Shown: positions 1 through 10,074, counted from the first letter of the stretch. The stretch: 64,000 nucleotides of DNA from an uncultured Acidobacteriota bacterium (GCA_963764715.1 CAVXTP010000015.1:32001-96000), one strand, 5' to 3'. Notes: a model not told the origin generated them from the sequence alone. Program-made: numbers and translations.

Positions 1-591
1 CCGAGCGCCTGCTCCGGCGACATGTAGCCGACCGTCCCCAGCACGACGCCGGCCTCCGTCGCGGCCGAGACCGTCGGAGATTGCGTCACCTCGCCCGTCT
101 CGCCGGTCGGCGACGTCAGCTTCGGCAAGGCCGAAGTCGAGGATCTTGACGATGCTCTCCCGCGTCACCATCACGTTCTCGGGCTTCAGGTCGCGGTGCA
201 CGATTCCCGTGGCATGCGCTTTGGCGAGTCCCTCGGCCATCTGCCCGGCGATTCCCAGCAGCTTCTTCAGCGGCAGAGGCTCGGCCGACAGGAGCTTGCG
301 CAGATTGTCCCCGTCGACGAGCTCCATCGCCATCCACGAGACGCCGTCCGTCGCGCCGATGTCGAAAACGGTGACGATGTTGGGGTGGCTCAGCGCGGAG
401 GCCGAGCGGGCCTCCTTCTCGAAACGCTTGAGCCGCTCCTCGTTCGCGGCGAGATCCGCGGGAAGGACCTTGATCGCGACGTCCCGGCCCAGCCGCGTGT
501 CCCGCGCCCGGTAAACCTCGCCCATCCCGCCGGCGCCGATGGGCGAGAGGACCTCGTATGGACCGAGTCGCGTGCCAACGGCGAGCGCCAC
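1..591 (-). CDS. Hanks-type Ser/Thr protein kinase, N-terminal part (runs off window; apparent +1 frameshift near 124)
   Basis: Manual translation from GTG 591: [48 protein letters not shown], then a shifted frame continues [13 protein letters not shown]. Confidence 0.9.
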   Translation of the reverse strand, partial: MALAVGTRLGPYEVLSPIGAGGMGEVYRARDTRLGRDVAIKVLPADLAANEERLKRFEKEARSASALSHPNIVTVFDIGATDGVSWMAMELVDGDNLRKLLSAEPLPLKKLLGIAGQMAEGLAKAHATGIVHRDLKPENVMVTRESIVKILDFGLAEADVADRRDGRGDAISDGLGRDGGRRRAGDGRLHVAGAGAR

Positions 592-787
592 GAGTGCAGG
601 GATTTTGTCAAATCCCCCGGCACAAGGAAACCGCGCGGCGTCCGGCGCATCGGGCCGCGGCGCTTGGACCAGAGCATGCGGGATATCGCGATAGCATCCT
701 CATGCAGCGAGTTTCGGAGGCCGGACCGTGTCGTCGGTTGCTGGCCCGTCGTGGGGGATTTCCTCCCACTCGAGAGTCGGAGGTCCC

Positions 788-1126
788 GTGTCGCAAGATC
801 CAGCCCTCGCTCCAGGACTCGAAGGCGTGGTGCTCGCCACGGCCCTCGTTGACTACCAGCCCGGAACCGTCGTCAGCCGCACGCTCGTGAAAAAGCCGGA
901 GGGCACGGTCACGGTCTTCGCGTTCGATGCCGGCGAGGGCTTGAGCGAGCACACGGCGCCGTTCGACGCCCTGGCCCTCGACCTGGACGGCGAAGCCGAC
1001 ATTTCCATTGCCGGCACGGCCTACCGCCTCAGCCCAGGCCACCTTCTCAAGCTCCCTGCCGGACAACCGCACTCCGTGAAGGCAATCACTCCCTTCAAGA
1101 TGCTTCTCCTCATGATCAGGGCATGA
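788..1126 (+). CDS. Cupin domain protein
   Basis: FAFDAGEGLSEHTAPFDA and PAGQPHSV cupin motifs; GTG 788 follows GGAGG. Confidence 0.85.
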   Translation: MSQDPALAPGLEGVVLATALVDYQPGTVVSRTLVKKPEGTVTVFAFDAGEGLSEHTAPFDALALDLDGEADISIAGTAYRLSPGHLLKLPAGQPHSVKAITPFKMLLLMIRA

Positions 1127-1904
1127 GCCTCCGCCCGGAAGCGATCCATCCCGCAGCGCACCGGTCGTTCTCGAACGAAGAAATCGGGTCGGCGGAGCGT
1201 TTTCACTGACCGCAACCAGCCGGTGGGAGGAGGCGGGGACGGTCGGGAGCTTCTCCACGGCCGCCCCCAACAAAGTTCTCCTGGATTTCGTCCGTACAGA
1301 AATTGCTCGCCGCCCGGGGCTCCGCATCCTGGACCTGGGTTGCGGTGCGGCCCGCAACGCCGCACCCATGGCGGCACAGGGCGGCATCGTCGTCGGCACG
1401 GACGTGTCCTGGCCGATGCTCGAAGGAGCACGCCGGCGGGTCGCGTCGGAGGGCGTCGCCGGCCGAGTCGGTCTCGTGCTCGCATCCATGGATGACCTGC
1501 CGCTGCGCGACGCCACCATCGACCTCGTGGTCGCGCACGGAATCTGGAACCTCGCGCGCTCCGCCGCGGAATTTCGTCGGGCGGTCGCCGAGGCGGCCCG
1601 CGTCGCTCGGCCGGGCGCGAAACTCTTCCTCTTCACCTTCTCGCGGACGACGCTCGCCCCCGAGGACCGGCCCATCCCCGGCGAACCCTTCGTGTTCACT
1701 CAGTTCGCCGGCGAACCCCAGTGCTTCCTGACCGAGACGCAGCTGACGGAGGAGCTGTTCCGAGCCGGATGGGAGAAGGACCCGCCCGGGCCTCTCACCG
1801 AGTACAACCGCCCTGTCGCCGGTCGCTCGATCAGGCAAGGCGGTCCCGTCGTCTACGAGGGGACTTTCCGCCGGCTGCCGACAAACCTGCGAGGTACGCC
1901 GTGA
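1123..1904 (+). CDS. Class I SAM-dependent methyltransferase (start uncertain; probable frameshift in T-run near 1200)
   Basis: The frame of ORF 1368-1904 is open upstream and encodes motif I (RILDLGCGAARNA). ATG 1123 overlaps the cupin stop but is in another frame; one extra T at 1200-1203 joins them. Confidence 0.75.
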
Positions 1905-2287
1905 TGACCGAGCTCCTCCCGCCGATCTGGCTGATTCGTGTCGCCGTGTCCGCGGTGTGGCTCTACGAAGGACTCTGGTGCAAGCTCCTTCGCGGGCAGC
2001 CGCATCAGCTCGAGGTCGTCGGGGCCGTGCCTCGCTTCGATGCGCGGACGAGCGCGCTCTTCCTGAAGCTTCTGGGAGTCGTCGAAGTCGGACTGGCGAT
2101 CTGGGCGCTCTCCGGCGTGGCGCCGATTCCGTGCGCTGCGGCCCAGACGCTCCTGCTCGTGTCCCTGAACGCCGGCGGCCTCGTCTTCGCGAGGCGAATC
2201 ATCCACGACCCGGCCGGCATGGTGGTCAAGAACTTCGCCTTCCTGCTCCTCGTCTGGGTGGCGGCCGGCCTGCGCGGATGGCGCTGA
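1904..2287 (+). CDS. DoxX-like family membrane protein
   Basis: VWLYEGLWCKLL and DPAGMVVKN motifs, several hydrophobic helices; start overlaps upstream stop. Confidence 0.7.
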   Translation: MTELLPPIWLIRVAVSAVWLYEGLWCKLLRGQPHQLEVVGAVPRFDARTSALFLKLLGVVEVGLAIWALSGVAPIPCAAAQTLLLVSLNAGGLVFARRIIHDPAGMVVKNFAFLLLVWVAAGLRGWR

Positions 2288-3183
2288 TGTCGAGCCTCGT
2301 CGGAACCGCCTGGGAGCGGGGGCGCCTCGACGCGCGCGCCGGCCCGAGCAAGCTCCTCTTCGGCCGCATGCACGAGGACGCGTCGATCGAGCTCGGCGCC
2401 TTCCGCCCCGGCGGGCGAATCTTCTGCATCGCATCGGCGGGTTGCACCGCCATGGCGCTGTCTCCCCGCCACGAGGTCGTTGCCGCCGACATCAATCCCG
2501 TCCAGGTCGCGTACGCGAGGCGGCGGTTCCTGGGTGAGCCCGGCGGCCGCGGCGCCGCGGAGCGCATGATGGCTTTCGCGCGCGGATTCGCGCCTCTGGT
2601 GGGCTGGTCGCCGGCGCGGGTGCGCGAGTTTCTCGAATTGACGGACACGGCGGAACAGCTGGCCTACTGGCGCCGGCATCTGGATACCCGGCGATTCCGT
2701 GCGGCGATGAACGCGGCCCTCTCGCCGGCGGTGCTGGCCTTGTTCTACGCGAGACACCTTCTTCGCTCCCTTCCCCGGAGGTTCGGGGAAGTTCTGCGCG
2801 CGCGCATGGTGCGATGCTTCGCCCGGCATCCCAATCGCGGCAACATCCACGCACGCTCGATGCTTCTCGGCGAATTCGCGGACTCTCCGGTACCCGCGCA
2901 GGCGACGCAGATCCGCCTCGTGCAGGCCGACGCCGCCACCTGTCTCGAGAACGAACCGCCCGGGAGCTTCGACGGATTCACGCTCTCGAACATTCTGGAC
3001 GGGGCCGGAGACGCCTATCGGCGGCGGTTGGCGGCCGCCGTCCGGCGGGCCGCGGCGCCGGGTGCGGTCGCGGTTCTCCGCAGCTTCGGCGAGCCGCCGG
3101 CCGACTTCCCGGGTAACCGGGCCGCCGAGGACCGCTCGATGCTGTGGGGGATCGTCGAAGTGAAACCGGCGGCGGCGCTGTGA
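2287..3183 (+). CDS. DUF3419/BtaA-like protein (putative SAM-dependent 3-amino-3-carboxypropyl transferase)
   Basis: LLFGRMHED, IASAGCTAMAL, DINPVQ and LSNILD motifs resemble BtaA/DUF3419. Confidence 0.65.
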   Translation: MSSLVGTAWERGRLDARAGPSKLLFGRMHEDASIELGAFRPGGRIFCIASAGCTAMALSPRHEVVAADINPVQVAYARRRFLGEPGGRGAAERMMAFARGFAPLVGWSPARVREFLELTDTAEQLAYWRRHLDTRRFRAAMNAALSPAVLALFYARHLLRSLPRRFGEVLRARMVRCFARHPNRGNIHARSMLLGEFADSPVPAQATQIRLVQADAATCLENEPPGSFDGFTLSNILDGAGDAYRRRLAAAVRRAAAPGAVAVLRSFGEPPADFPGNRAAEDRSMLWGIVEVKPAAAL

Positions 3184-3705
3184 AGCTCGCCGGAGGCGGT
3201 CCGAACGCGACGACGTCGATCGTGACCGGCGCGCGGTTCTCCGCTTCACCCGATCAGGTCTGGAACGGCCTGATGTATTACGAACAGATACCGTACGTCG
3301 CCCCGCTCCATCTCCGCCTCGTGTTGCCGGCGCCCGTGCGGACCGAGGGCAGGCGATCTTCCGTCGGAGACGAAACCCGATGTGTCTACGACCGGGGCCA
3401 CCTGCTCAAGCGCGTGACCCGCATCGACCCGTCGCGGCACTATGGATTCGACGTCGTCGAACAGGACCTCGCCATCGGGGGAGGAATCCGGCTCATGGGC
3501 GGAAGCTACTACGTTGCGCGAGCTTCCCGACGGCTCGACCCGAGTCGCGCTCGAAACCCGGTACGTCAGCCGGGTGCGCCCCCGGTGGCTCGGCAGGCTC
3601 GTCGAGGCCGCCGTCTGCCACGCGTTCCATCGGCACATCCTCGACGCAATGCGACGCCAGGTGGAGTCGCGCGGATCCGAGTCGCGTCTCGCCGCGGCCC
3701 GCTGA
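3180..3705 (+). CDS. SRPBCC (START-like) family protein, apparent +1 frameshift near 3508
   Basis: ASPDQVW..GHLLKRVTRIDP..GGSY in one frame continues as TLRELPDGSTRVALETRY..HRHILDAM in the next. Confidence 0.65.
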
Positions 3706-3730
3706 AGAGAGGGCCGAGGACCCTCGCCGA

Positions 3731-4039
3731 TCAGTTCTTGCGAAATGTGCGTCCCGCCCTTTCCTCGACGGAAGCCACATTGCGGATCAGCTTGTGATGC
3801 TCTCCTTCCTCGTCCTCGATCCGAATCGTGGTGAAGACGTGCGGGGCAAAGCCGCGCACCCGATCGTGGCACAGCCGAATGACCGGCATCACCTCGTCCC
3901 ACTCGCCTTCGATGCACGTTCCCGACGGTGTCAGCTGGTACGCAAGACCGGAGGCGTCCACGATCTTGAGAGCCTCGGCAATCCGCCCCGCCAGGTGGGC
4001 GTCTCCTCCCACAGGAACGATCGTCAATTCCGCCAGCAT
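3731..4039 (-). CDS. MTH1187/YqgV family thiamine-binding protein
   Basis: LAELTIVPVG..SGLAYQLTPSGTCIEGEWDEV..TTIRIE pattern, 102 aa. Confidence 0.85.
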   Translation of the reverse strand: MLAELTIVPVGGDAHLAGRIAEALKIVDASGLAYQLTPSGTCIEGEWDEVMPVIRLCHDRVRGFAPHVFTTIRIEDEEGEHHKLIRNVASVEERAGRTFRKN

Positions 4040-4309
4040 GTCGTCCTCCTCTCCGATCGGTCTCCAGGCCGATCCTGACGCGCCCGGGCGCGCGCGGAAA
4101 GATCCATTTGCCCCAGGCCCTGCCCGCGAGAAACGAACTCGTCACAGGCTCCGTACCGCCGTCTGATGCGAATGGACCAATCCTCCGGGGGAGGTGAGAG
4201 CACGCGCGCGTCGCGCTTCCCGGCATTCGCCGTTCTGACCTCCTTGATGCACGCGCATCTTGAGGCCTTCGCCGCCCGGCTGTAGCTTGGATTCGAGAGG
4301 GAGGAACCC

Positions 4310-4693
4310 ATGATTCTCAGCATTCACTTCCTCGACATGCCGAGCTCCGAGGCGATCGACGCGAAGATCCGGGAGAGAGCGGAGCAGCTGACGCGCTTTT
4401 CGAGCGATATCGTGAAATGCGAAGTTCGGGTCCAGTCTCCGCACGGGCACCACCGGAAAGGGAGCGTGAACGCACTCCACATTCGGCTGACGGTTCCGGG
4501 CGAAGAGATCGTCATCGAGCGCCAGCCTTCCGAGGACGACGTCTACGTTTCCATTCGCGACGCGTTCGACGCCGCGCGGCGAAAGGTCGAAGACTACGAA
4601 CGCCGACGCCGCGGCAAGGTCAAGACCCACCCGCGCGCACGAGGAGTCGCCGCGCCGCGGCGCCAGATCCCGGTGCGGTCCGAACGGGTCTGA
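4310..4693 (+). CDS. HPF/RaiA family ribosome-associated protein
   Basis: SEAIDAKIRERAEQL..HHRKG..DVYVSIRDAFDAARRKV; strong RBS GGAGG. Confidence 0.85.
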   Translation: MILSIHFLDMPSSEAIDAKIRERAEQLTRFSSDIVKCEVRVQSPHGHHRKGSVNALHIRLTVPGEEIVIERQPSEDDVYVSIRDAFDAARRKVEDYERRRRGKVKTHPRARGVAAPRRQIPVRSERV

Positions 4694-4704
4694 CGGCGAG
4701 ACGC

Positions 4705-5622
4705 TCAGTCCGCGCGCTCGGCGGCGCCAGTCTCGATCTCGAGACACTCTTTCTCCCGCCCGCGGACGACGCGCCGGCCCCGCAGCTCTCCTCCCGTCTC
4801 CGTGACGACGGTCCACTGACGCTCGCCCCGCGCCCCGTCGGCATAGAGAACGACCCAATCCCGTGAGCGTCCGAGCGCATGAGCGCGAGAGGTGTTGGAG
4901 AACAGGGCCGTGTAGTGGCGGGGGCCGCGCTGGGTATGGAGCACGGGAAGCCAGGCCTCGCGGCGGGGATTGAAGCGGCGCGGGGCGATCCTCGGAAGGC
5001 GCCCCGCGGCCGCCGCCTCGCGGTATTCGCGGTCCACGTCGAGGATCTCGGACACCGTCGGCTCGGGGCCGTCGGCGGCCGGAGGGGGCCGGACCCTCGC
5101 GAGGCGCGACGCGAGGGAATCCCGGATCCCGGCGATCTTCTTGGGACCGAAGCCGGCGAGACTCTCGAGACGCCCGTCGTGAGCCGCCGCCTCCAGGTCC
5201 TCCAGGGTCGCCACACCGAGGTCGTGGTAGAGCCGGTCGGCGAGCGTCCGGCCGATTCCGGGAACCGAGGAGAGAATCGACGTCGGGTCGCTCTCGCCGC
5301 GCAGACGCTCGAGGATCGGAAGGCGGCCCGTGCCGAGCACGGCGTAGATCGCCCGGGCCAGAATCGGCCCGATGCCCGGCAGACGATCGAGGCCGCCGAA
5401 GCCTTCGCGGGCGAGAATCTCCGACAGCGGACGCTTCAACTCGCGCAGCGTGCGCGCGCCGCGACGGTAGGCCTCCACGCGAAACGGGTTTGCGCCCTGG
5501 CCCTCGAGCAGCGCCGCGACTTCCTCGAAGCGCGCGGCGACTCCGTGATTCTCGGGGATCACGCCGGCGTCCCGCTCCGACGCCTCCGCGGGCGCAGGGG
5601 TTTCGAGGCTCACGCCAACCAT
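4705..5622 (-). CDS. PolX N-terminal/helix-hairpin-helix DNA-binding protein without polymerase palm
   Basis: GANPFRVEAYRRGA, LPGIG, VPGIG, GFGPK HhH motifs; the C-terminal domain is not PolX-like. Confidence 0.75.
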   Translation of the reverse strand: MVGVSLETPAPAEASERDAGVIPENHGVAARFEEVAALLEGQGANPFRVEAYRRGARTLRELKRPLSEILAREGFGGLDRLPGIGPILARAIYAVLGTGRLPILERLRGESDPTSILSSVPGIGRTLADRLYHDLGVATLEDLEAAAHDGRLESLAGFGPKKIAGIRDSLASRLARVRPPPAADGPEPTVSEILDVDREYREAAAAGRLPRIAPRRFNPRREAWLPVLHTQRGPRHYTALFSNTSRAHALGRSRDWVVLYADGARGERQWTVVTETGGELRGRRVVRGREKECLEIETGAAERAD

Positions 5623-5783
5623 TGTTCGAGATTGCGCGTCCGGCCGCCTGATCCGAAGTCATCAACGACGCGGACCGGGCACCGGCCTCCCGGATCTCCC
5701 GCCCGGACCCGGGGCTCGCCACCCGAGCCCCGCGCGTTAGAGTGTCTCCCGAGGTCGCCGACCGTCCTCCCCAGGAGTGAACG

Positions 5784-6254
5784 ATGCCCGAGACCCGACC
5801 GCCCGTGCCGCCCTTCACGCGGGAGACCGCGTCGCAGAAGGTGCGCCTCGCCGAAGACGCCTGGAACTCGCGCGATCCGGAGCGGGTCGCGCTCGCCTAC
5901 ACGCCGGACAGCCGGTGGCGCAACCGCGCCGAGTTCCTCTCCGGGCGCGAGGCGATCGTCGAGTTTCTCCGCCGCAAGTGGTCGAAGGAGCTCGACTACC
6001 GCCTGATCAAGGAACTGTGGGCCTTTCACGAGAACCGGATCGCCGTGCGCTTCGCCTACGAGTCGCACGACGATTCCGGCAACTGGTTCCGCTCCTACGG
6101 CAACGAGAACTGGGAGTTCGACGAGCACGGGCTGATGCGGAGGCGCATCGCCAGCATCAACGACCTGCCGATCGCCGAGGCGGACCGCAAGTATCGCTGG
6201 CCGCTTGGCCGCCGGCCGGACGATCACCCCGGCCTGTCCGATCTGGGTTTCTGA
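5784..6254 (+). CDS. DUF1348 / NTF2-like family protein
   Basis: [31 protein letters not shown] signature. Confidence 0.9.
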   Translation: MPETRPPVPPFTRETASQKVRLAEDAWNSRDPERVALAYTPDSRWRNRAEFLSGREAIVEFLRRKWSKELDYRLIKELWAFHENRIAVRFAYESHDDSGNWFRSYGNENWEFDEHGLMRRRIASINDLPIAEADRKYRWPLGRRPDDHPGLSDLGF

Positions 6255-6266
6255 AGTCCCGAGCCG

Positions 6267-6605
6267 TCAGTCGAGCGAGACCGACTTGACCAGGATCTCG
6301 TCGCCCTTGCGCTCGCCGTCGACGGTCACGCGCAGGTGGTCCGTCTTCTTCGTCGCCTTCAGGGCGGCCGCGGCCTGGGTGTTTCCGGCGGCGTCGAACT
6401 TCAAGAACTTGCCGTCCGGCGTCACGATGCCGTAGCCGCTCTGTTGGCACTGGATGGCGCACTTGGCCGGATGCGCGTCCGGGTTCGCCTTGGCCTCGGC
6501 CTTGCCCGCGCACATCGCGTCCATCAGCGAGACGTTCTTCCAGGTCTCGGCCAGGAGAGGGGAAACGGCCGCCATCGCGAGAATCGCCAGAACCATCTTC
6601 TTCAT
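6267..6605 (-). CDS. Small secreted Cys/His-containing protein (112 aa)
   Basis: Signal peptide MKKMVLAILAMAAVSPLLA; DAMC..HPAKCAIQC..GYG motif; RBS AAGGA. Confidence 0.7.
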   Translation of the reverse strand: MKKMVLAILAMAAVSPLLAETWKNVSLMDAMCAGKAEAKANPDAHPAKCAIQCQQSGYGIVTPDGKFLKFDAAGNTQAAAALKATKKTDHLRVTVDGERKGDEILVKSVSLD

Positions 6606-6652
6606 CGCGTTTCCTTTCGGTCCACGCCGGCGGAATCGCCGGACGCCAATCT

Positions 6653-7096
6653 CTAACGGGTCATCCCGTGGGCCAGATTCCCGCCCGGAACGCGGCGGGA
6701 CCCGTCGGTCTCGCCGGCCGCCTCCCGCACCTCCGTGAGGCGGGCCAGGGCGAAGGCGCCGATCGCGATCTCGAGATCCCGGACGGCCAGGTCGAAGAAC
6801 ATTCCGGTCGTCACCAGGTTGAGCGCGATCGCGACGAGCCAGGCCATCGCGACGTAGGCCCCGATCCTGGTCCAGCGGGTCAGAATCGCGAGGCCCACGA
6901 TCATCTCGATCACGCCGACGAGCTTCATGAAGGTCGGCACGCTGACCGGCAGAAGGCGGGTCACAGCCGGGCTCAGGTACATCTCCCAGTTGGCGAGCAG
7001 GTTGAAGAACTTGTCGAGACCCGCCAGAAACGGCCCCAGGCCGAGCCCGATACGCAGGGCCCACCAGGCCGAGTCGAGGTGTTTTTCGGTGGTCAT
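6653..7096 (-). CDS. DoxX family membrane protein
   Basis: LRIGLG..AGLDKFF..GVIEMIVG..DLAVRD; RBS GGAGG. Confidence 0.85.
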   Translation of the reverse strand: MTTEKHLDSAWWALRIGLGLGPFLAGLDKFFNLLANWEMYLSPAVTRLLPVSVPTFMKLVGVIEMIVGLAILTRWTRIGAYVAMAWLVAIALNLVTTGMFFDLAVRDLEIAIGAFALARLTEVREAAGETDGSRRVPGGNLAHGMTR

Positions 7097-7119
7097 GGTC
7101 TGTCCTCCATCAACACTCT

Positions 7120-7145
7120 AGAGTCCCGGGGAGACATTCGGTTAC
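7120..7145 (-). promoter_or_regulatory. Putative ECF promoter for doxX (GTAACC-N15-ACTCT)
   Basis: Same spacing as GTCACC-N15-GCTCT upstream of the divergent ECF gene. Confidence 0.45.
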
Positions 7146-7171
7146 CGCAATGCCAACTCCGTGCTCCGGGC

Positions 7172-7247
7172 GTAGGGGCGCCCCTTGTGGGCGCCCTCAG
7201 GTTGCACCCGTCGAAATGCACGAGGGCGGGGCAAGCCCCGCCCCTAC
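7172..7247. repeat. GTAG-family REP pair (inverted)
   Basis: GTAGGGGCGCCCCTTGTGGGCGCCC and GGGCGGGGCAAGCCCCGCCCCTAC hairpins. Confidence 0.85.
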
Positions 7248-7284
7248 GACCGGGGCCCGCAGCCTAGTGCGCGGCGCAATGCCT

Positions 7285-7310
7285 GTCACCTTTCTTCGGA
7301 TTCCAGCTCT
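7285..7310 (+). promoter_or_regulatory. Putative autoregulatory ECF promoter (GTCACC-N15-GCTCT)
   Basis: Lies 6 nt before in-frame GTG 7317 of the ECF sigma gene; mirrors the site at 7120-7145. Confidence 0.45.
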
Positions 7311-7316
7311 GTTAGG

Positions 7317-8033
7317 GTGAATCTCGAGATGGTGAGGCCCAGAGTCCTCGGAGAAAGGGAGCAGGATGCCCTCGCTGACGAGGAGGTCGTCCGGAGAGTT
7401 CGTGCGGGGCAGATCGACCTCTTCGAAGTCCTCATGCGCCGCTACAACCAGCGCGTCTACCGGATCGCCCGGGCCGTCCTTCGCAGCGACACCGAGGCCG
7501 AAGACGTCACGCAGGAAGCCTGGGTCCGCGCCTACGCACACCTCGATCAGTTCGCCGGGCGAGCGGCGTTCCGCACGTGGCTCGGACGGATCGCTCTCCA
7601 CGAGTCCTGGGCCCGTGCGCGCCGGGGCCGCCGCCAGGAAAGCCTGGAGCCCGCTCCGGGCGTCGAGGGTCGCAAAGTGAAGCCCGAGTCGCCGGCCCGC
7701 GACCCCGAGAAGGCGGCTTTCGACCGGGAGGTCCGCTCTCTCGTCGAGGCGGCCGTCGAAGGCCTGCCGGAGATCTACCGGACCGTCTTCATGCTGCGTC
7801 ACGTCGAGGAGCTTTCGACCTCCGAAACGGCGGAGCTCCTGGAGCTGAGCGAGGAGACGGTCAAGACGCGCCTCCACCGCGCGCGCTCGGCGCTCCAGCG
7901 GGAGCTGCTCGCGGAAGCGGGCGCGGGCATCCGCCAGGCGTTCCCCTTTCTCGGCGCGCGCTGCGACCGGATGGTCGCGTCGGTCCTCGCCCGCATCGCG
8001 AATCCCGGCTCCACGAACTTCTCGCCGCGATAG
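7317..8033 (+). CDS. ECF RNA polymerase sigma-70 factor with C-terminal FLGARCD extension (start 7317 GTG or 7329 ATG)
   Basis: Region 2 (AEDVTQEAW, FRTWL) and region 4 (ETAELLELSEETVKTRLHRAR). Confidence 0.9.
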   Translation: MNLEMVRPRVLGEREQDALADEEVVRRVRAGQIDLFEVLMRRYNQRVYRIARAVLRSDTEAEDVTQEAWVRAYAHLDQFAGRAAFRTWLGRIALHESWARARRGRRQESLEPAPGVEGRKVKPESPARDPEKAAFDREVRSLVEAAVEGLPEIYRTVFMLRHVEELSTSETAELLELSEETVKTRLHRARSALQRELLAEAGAGIRQAFPFLGARCDRMVASVLARIANPGSTNFSPR

Positions 8034-8093
8034 TCGGACGCGGGCGATACCCTTCCCCGGGGCCGTCCGATAGAGTCGGCGCACGACCCGACC

Positions 8094-9488
8094 ATGAAGC
8101 TCTCTTTGCTCGTCCTCGCCGCGACGCTCCTCCGACCGGCCGTGCCCGCGCCGCCGGCGCCATCGCTCGCGGTCGCCCACGTCACCGTCATCGACACGAC
8201 GGGCGGACCCGCGCGGCCCGACATGACGGTCGTCGTCGAGGGCAACCGCATCACGCAGGTCGTGCCGGCCGCCGGCGCCCGCATCCCGCAGGGCGCGCGC
8301 ACGATCGACGGCACGGGCAAGTTCCTCATCCCGGGCCTCTGGGACATGCACATCCACACGTTCTTCGGAGACTGGGTGCCGGGCGGACGCGAAGTTACGC
8401 TGCCGCTCTTCATCGCGAACGGCGTCACCGGCGTGCGCGACATGGGAAGCGATCTCGAGCCGATCCTCGCGGCCCGCCGCGACGTCGCCGCCGGCAAGCT
8501 GCTCGGCCCGCGGATGATCGTCTCCGGCCCGATGCTCGACGGGCCGAAGACCCAGTTTCCGGCGGCGCTCCCCATCGTGACGCCCGAAGACGGGCGCCGC
8601 GCCGTTCGGATGCTGAAGGAGCGCGGCGTCGACTTCATCAAGATCCAGTCCTATGTGCCGCGCGACGCCTGGTTCGCGATCGCGGACGAGTGCCGCCGCC
8701 AGAAGATCGTCTTCGCGGGACACGTCCCCGACGCCGTGCGCGCCTCGGAGGCTTCGACCGCCGGCCAGAAGAGCTTCGAGCACCTCATCGGCGTCTTCGA
8801 AGGGAGCACGCCGATCGAGGACCAGCTCATGAAGGGCCCGAAGGGGCCGGGCCGGTTCCTCGCTTCCTTCGACCCCGCGAAGGAGGCCGCGCTCATCGCC
8901 CTGCTCGCGACGAACGAGACCTGGCAGTGCCCCACGCTCTACTGGGAGCGGGGACAGTGGCTCGTCGACGTCGTCGACGTGAAGAGCGATCCCGATGCGA
9001 AGCTCGCGCCGGCCTCGTGGCGCGAAAAGAGCTGGCCCAGGTTCTCGGCCGGGATCCTGAAAGACCTCGCGACCGACCCTTTGCCGGTCCGCGAGAAATT
9101 CGTCCGGCACGAGCTCGAGATCGTCGCGCGGCTCCACAAGGCGGGGGTCCCGTTTCTCGCCGGCACGGACACGCCGGCCGGCGTCGACGTCGTGCCGGGC
9201 GTCAGTCTCCACCGCGAGCTCGAGCGTTTCGTCGCGGCCGGGTTCACGCCCATGGAAGCCCTCCAGACCGCGACGATCCTCCCGGCCCGCTTCCTCGAGC
9301 GAACGGGCGACTTCGGCTCCGTGGCGCCGGGCCGCTTCGCCGACCTCGTCCTGCTCGACGCCGACCCGACGAAGGACATCTCCAATACGAGGAAGATCTC
9401 GGCCGTCGTCGCGAACGGCCGCCCGTACGCGCGGCCCGATCTCGACCGGATGCTCGCGGACGTCGAGGCGTACGCCCGCACCCACTGA
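8094..9488 (+). CDS. Secreted amidohydrolase family protein
   Basis: Signal peptide; PGLWDMHIH, GHVP, SFEH, AGTD, ADLVLL motifs. Confidence 0.9.
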   Translation: MKLSLLVLAATLLRPAVPAPPAPSLAVAHVTVIDTTGGPARPDMTVVVEGNRITQVVPAAGARIPQGARTIDGTGKFLIPGLWDMHIHTFFGDWVPGGREVTLPLFIANGVTGVRDMGSDLEPILAARRDVAAGKLLGPRMIVSGPMLDGPKTQFPAALPIVTPEDGRRAVRMLKERGVDFIKIQSYVPRDAWFAIADECRRQKIVFAGHVPDAVRASEASTAGQKSFEHLIGVFEGSTPIEDQLMKGPKGPGRFLASFDPAKEAALIALLATNETWQCPTLYWERGQWLVDVVDVKSDPDAKLAPASWREKSWPRFSAGILKDLATDPLPVREKFVRHELEIVARLHKAGVPFLAGTDTPAGVDVVPGVSLHRELERFVAAGFTPMEALQTATILPARFLERTGDFGSVAPGRFADLVLLDADPTKDISNTRKISAVVANGRPYARPDLDRMLADVEAYARTH

Positions 9489-9531
9489 GAGCCGCAACCT
9501 TCCGGGACGGACGCGGGTTGTAAGGACCGTC

Positions 9532-10074
9532 ATGAGCGCCGCCGGCTTCACCCTCTTCGACACCGCGATCGGCCGGTGCGGCATCGCCTGGAGCGAGCGA
9601 GGGGTCGCCGGAGTTCACCTGCCGGGAGCGAGCGACGGGAAGACGCGCGAGCGCATTCTGCGGCGCTTTCCGGAGGCCGCCGAGACCGCGCCGTCGCCCG
9701 GCGTCCGGCAGGCGATCGACGGCATCACCGCCCTCCTCTCCGGCGAGCCTCGCGACCTCTCCTCCGTCGCGCTCGACATGGACGGCGTTCCCGAGCTCCA
9801 CCGGCGCGTCTACGAAGTCGCCCGGACGATCGCGCCCGGCGAGACGCTGACCTACGGCGAGATCGCGCGCCGCCTCGGCGATCCGCTGCAGGCGCGGGCC
9901 GTCGGGCACGCCCTCGCGCAGAACCCGTTCGCGATCGTCGTTCCGTGCCACCGGGTCCTCGCGGCCGGCGGCCGGACGGGCGGGTTCTCGGCGCCCGGCG
10001 GGACCGACACCAAGCTCCGCATTCTCGAGATCGAAGGGGCCCGGGCCCGCGCGATCCCGACGCTCTTTCGCTGA
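9532..10074 (+). CDS. ogt: Methylated-DNA-protein-cysteine methyltransferase
   Basis: GETLTYGEIA, RAVG, NP..VVPCHRV active site. Confidence 0.9.
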   Translation: MSAAGFTLFDTAIGRCGIAWSERGVAGVHLPGASDGKTRERILRRFPEAAETAPSPGVRQAIDGITALLSGEPRDLSSVALDMDGVPELHRRVYEVARTIAPGETLTYGEIARRLGDPLQARAVGHALAQNPFAIVVPCHRVLAAGGRTGGFSAPGGTDTKLRILEIEGARARAIPTLFR

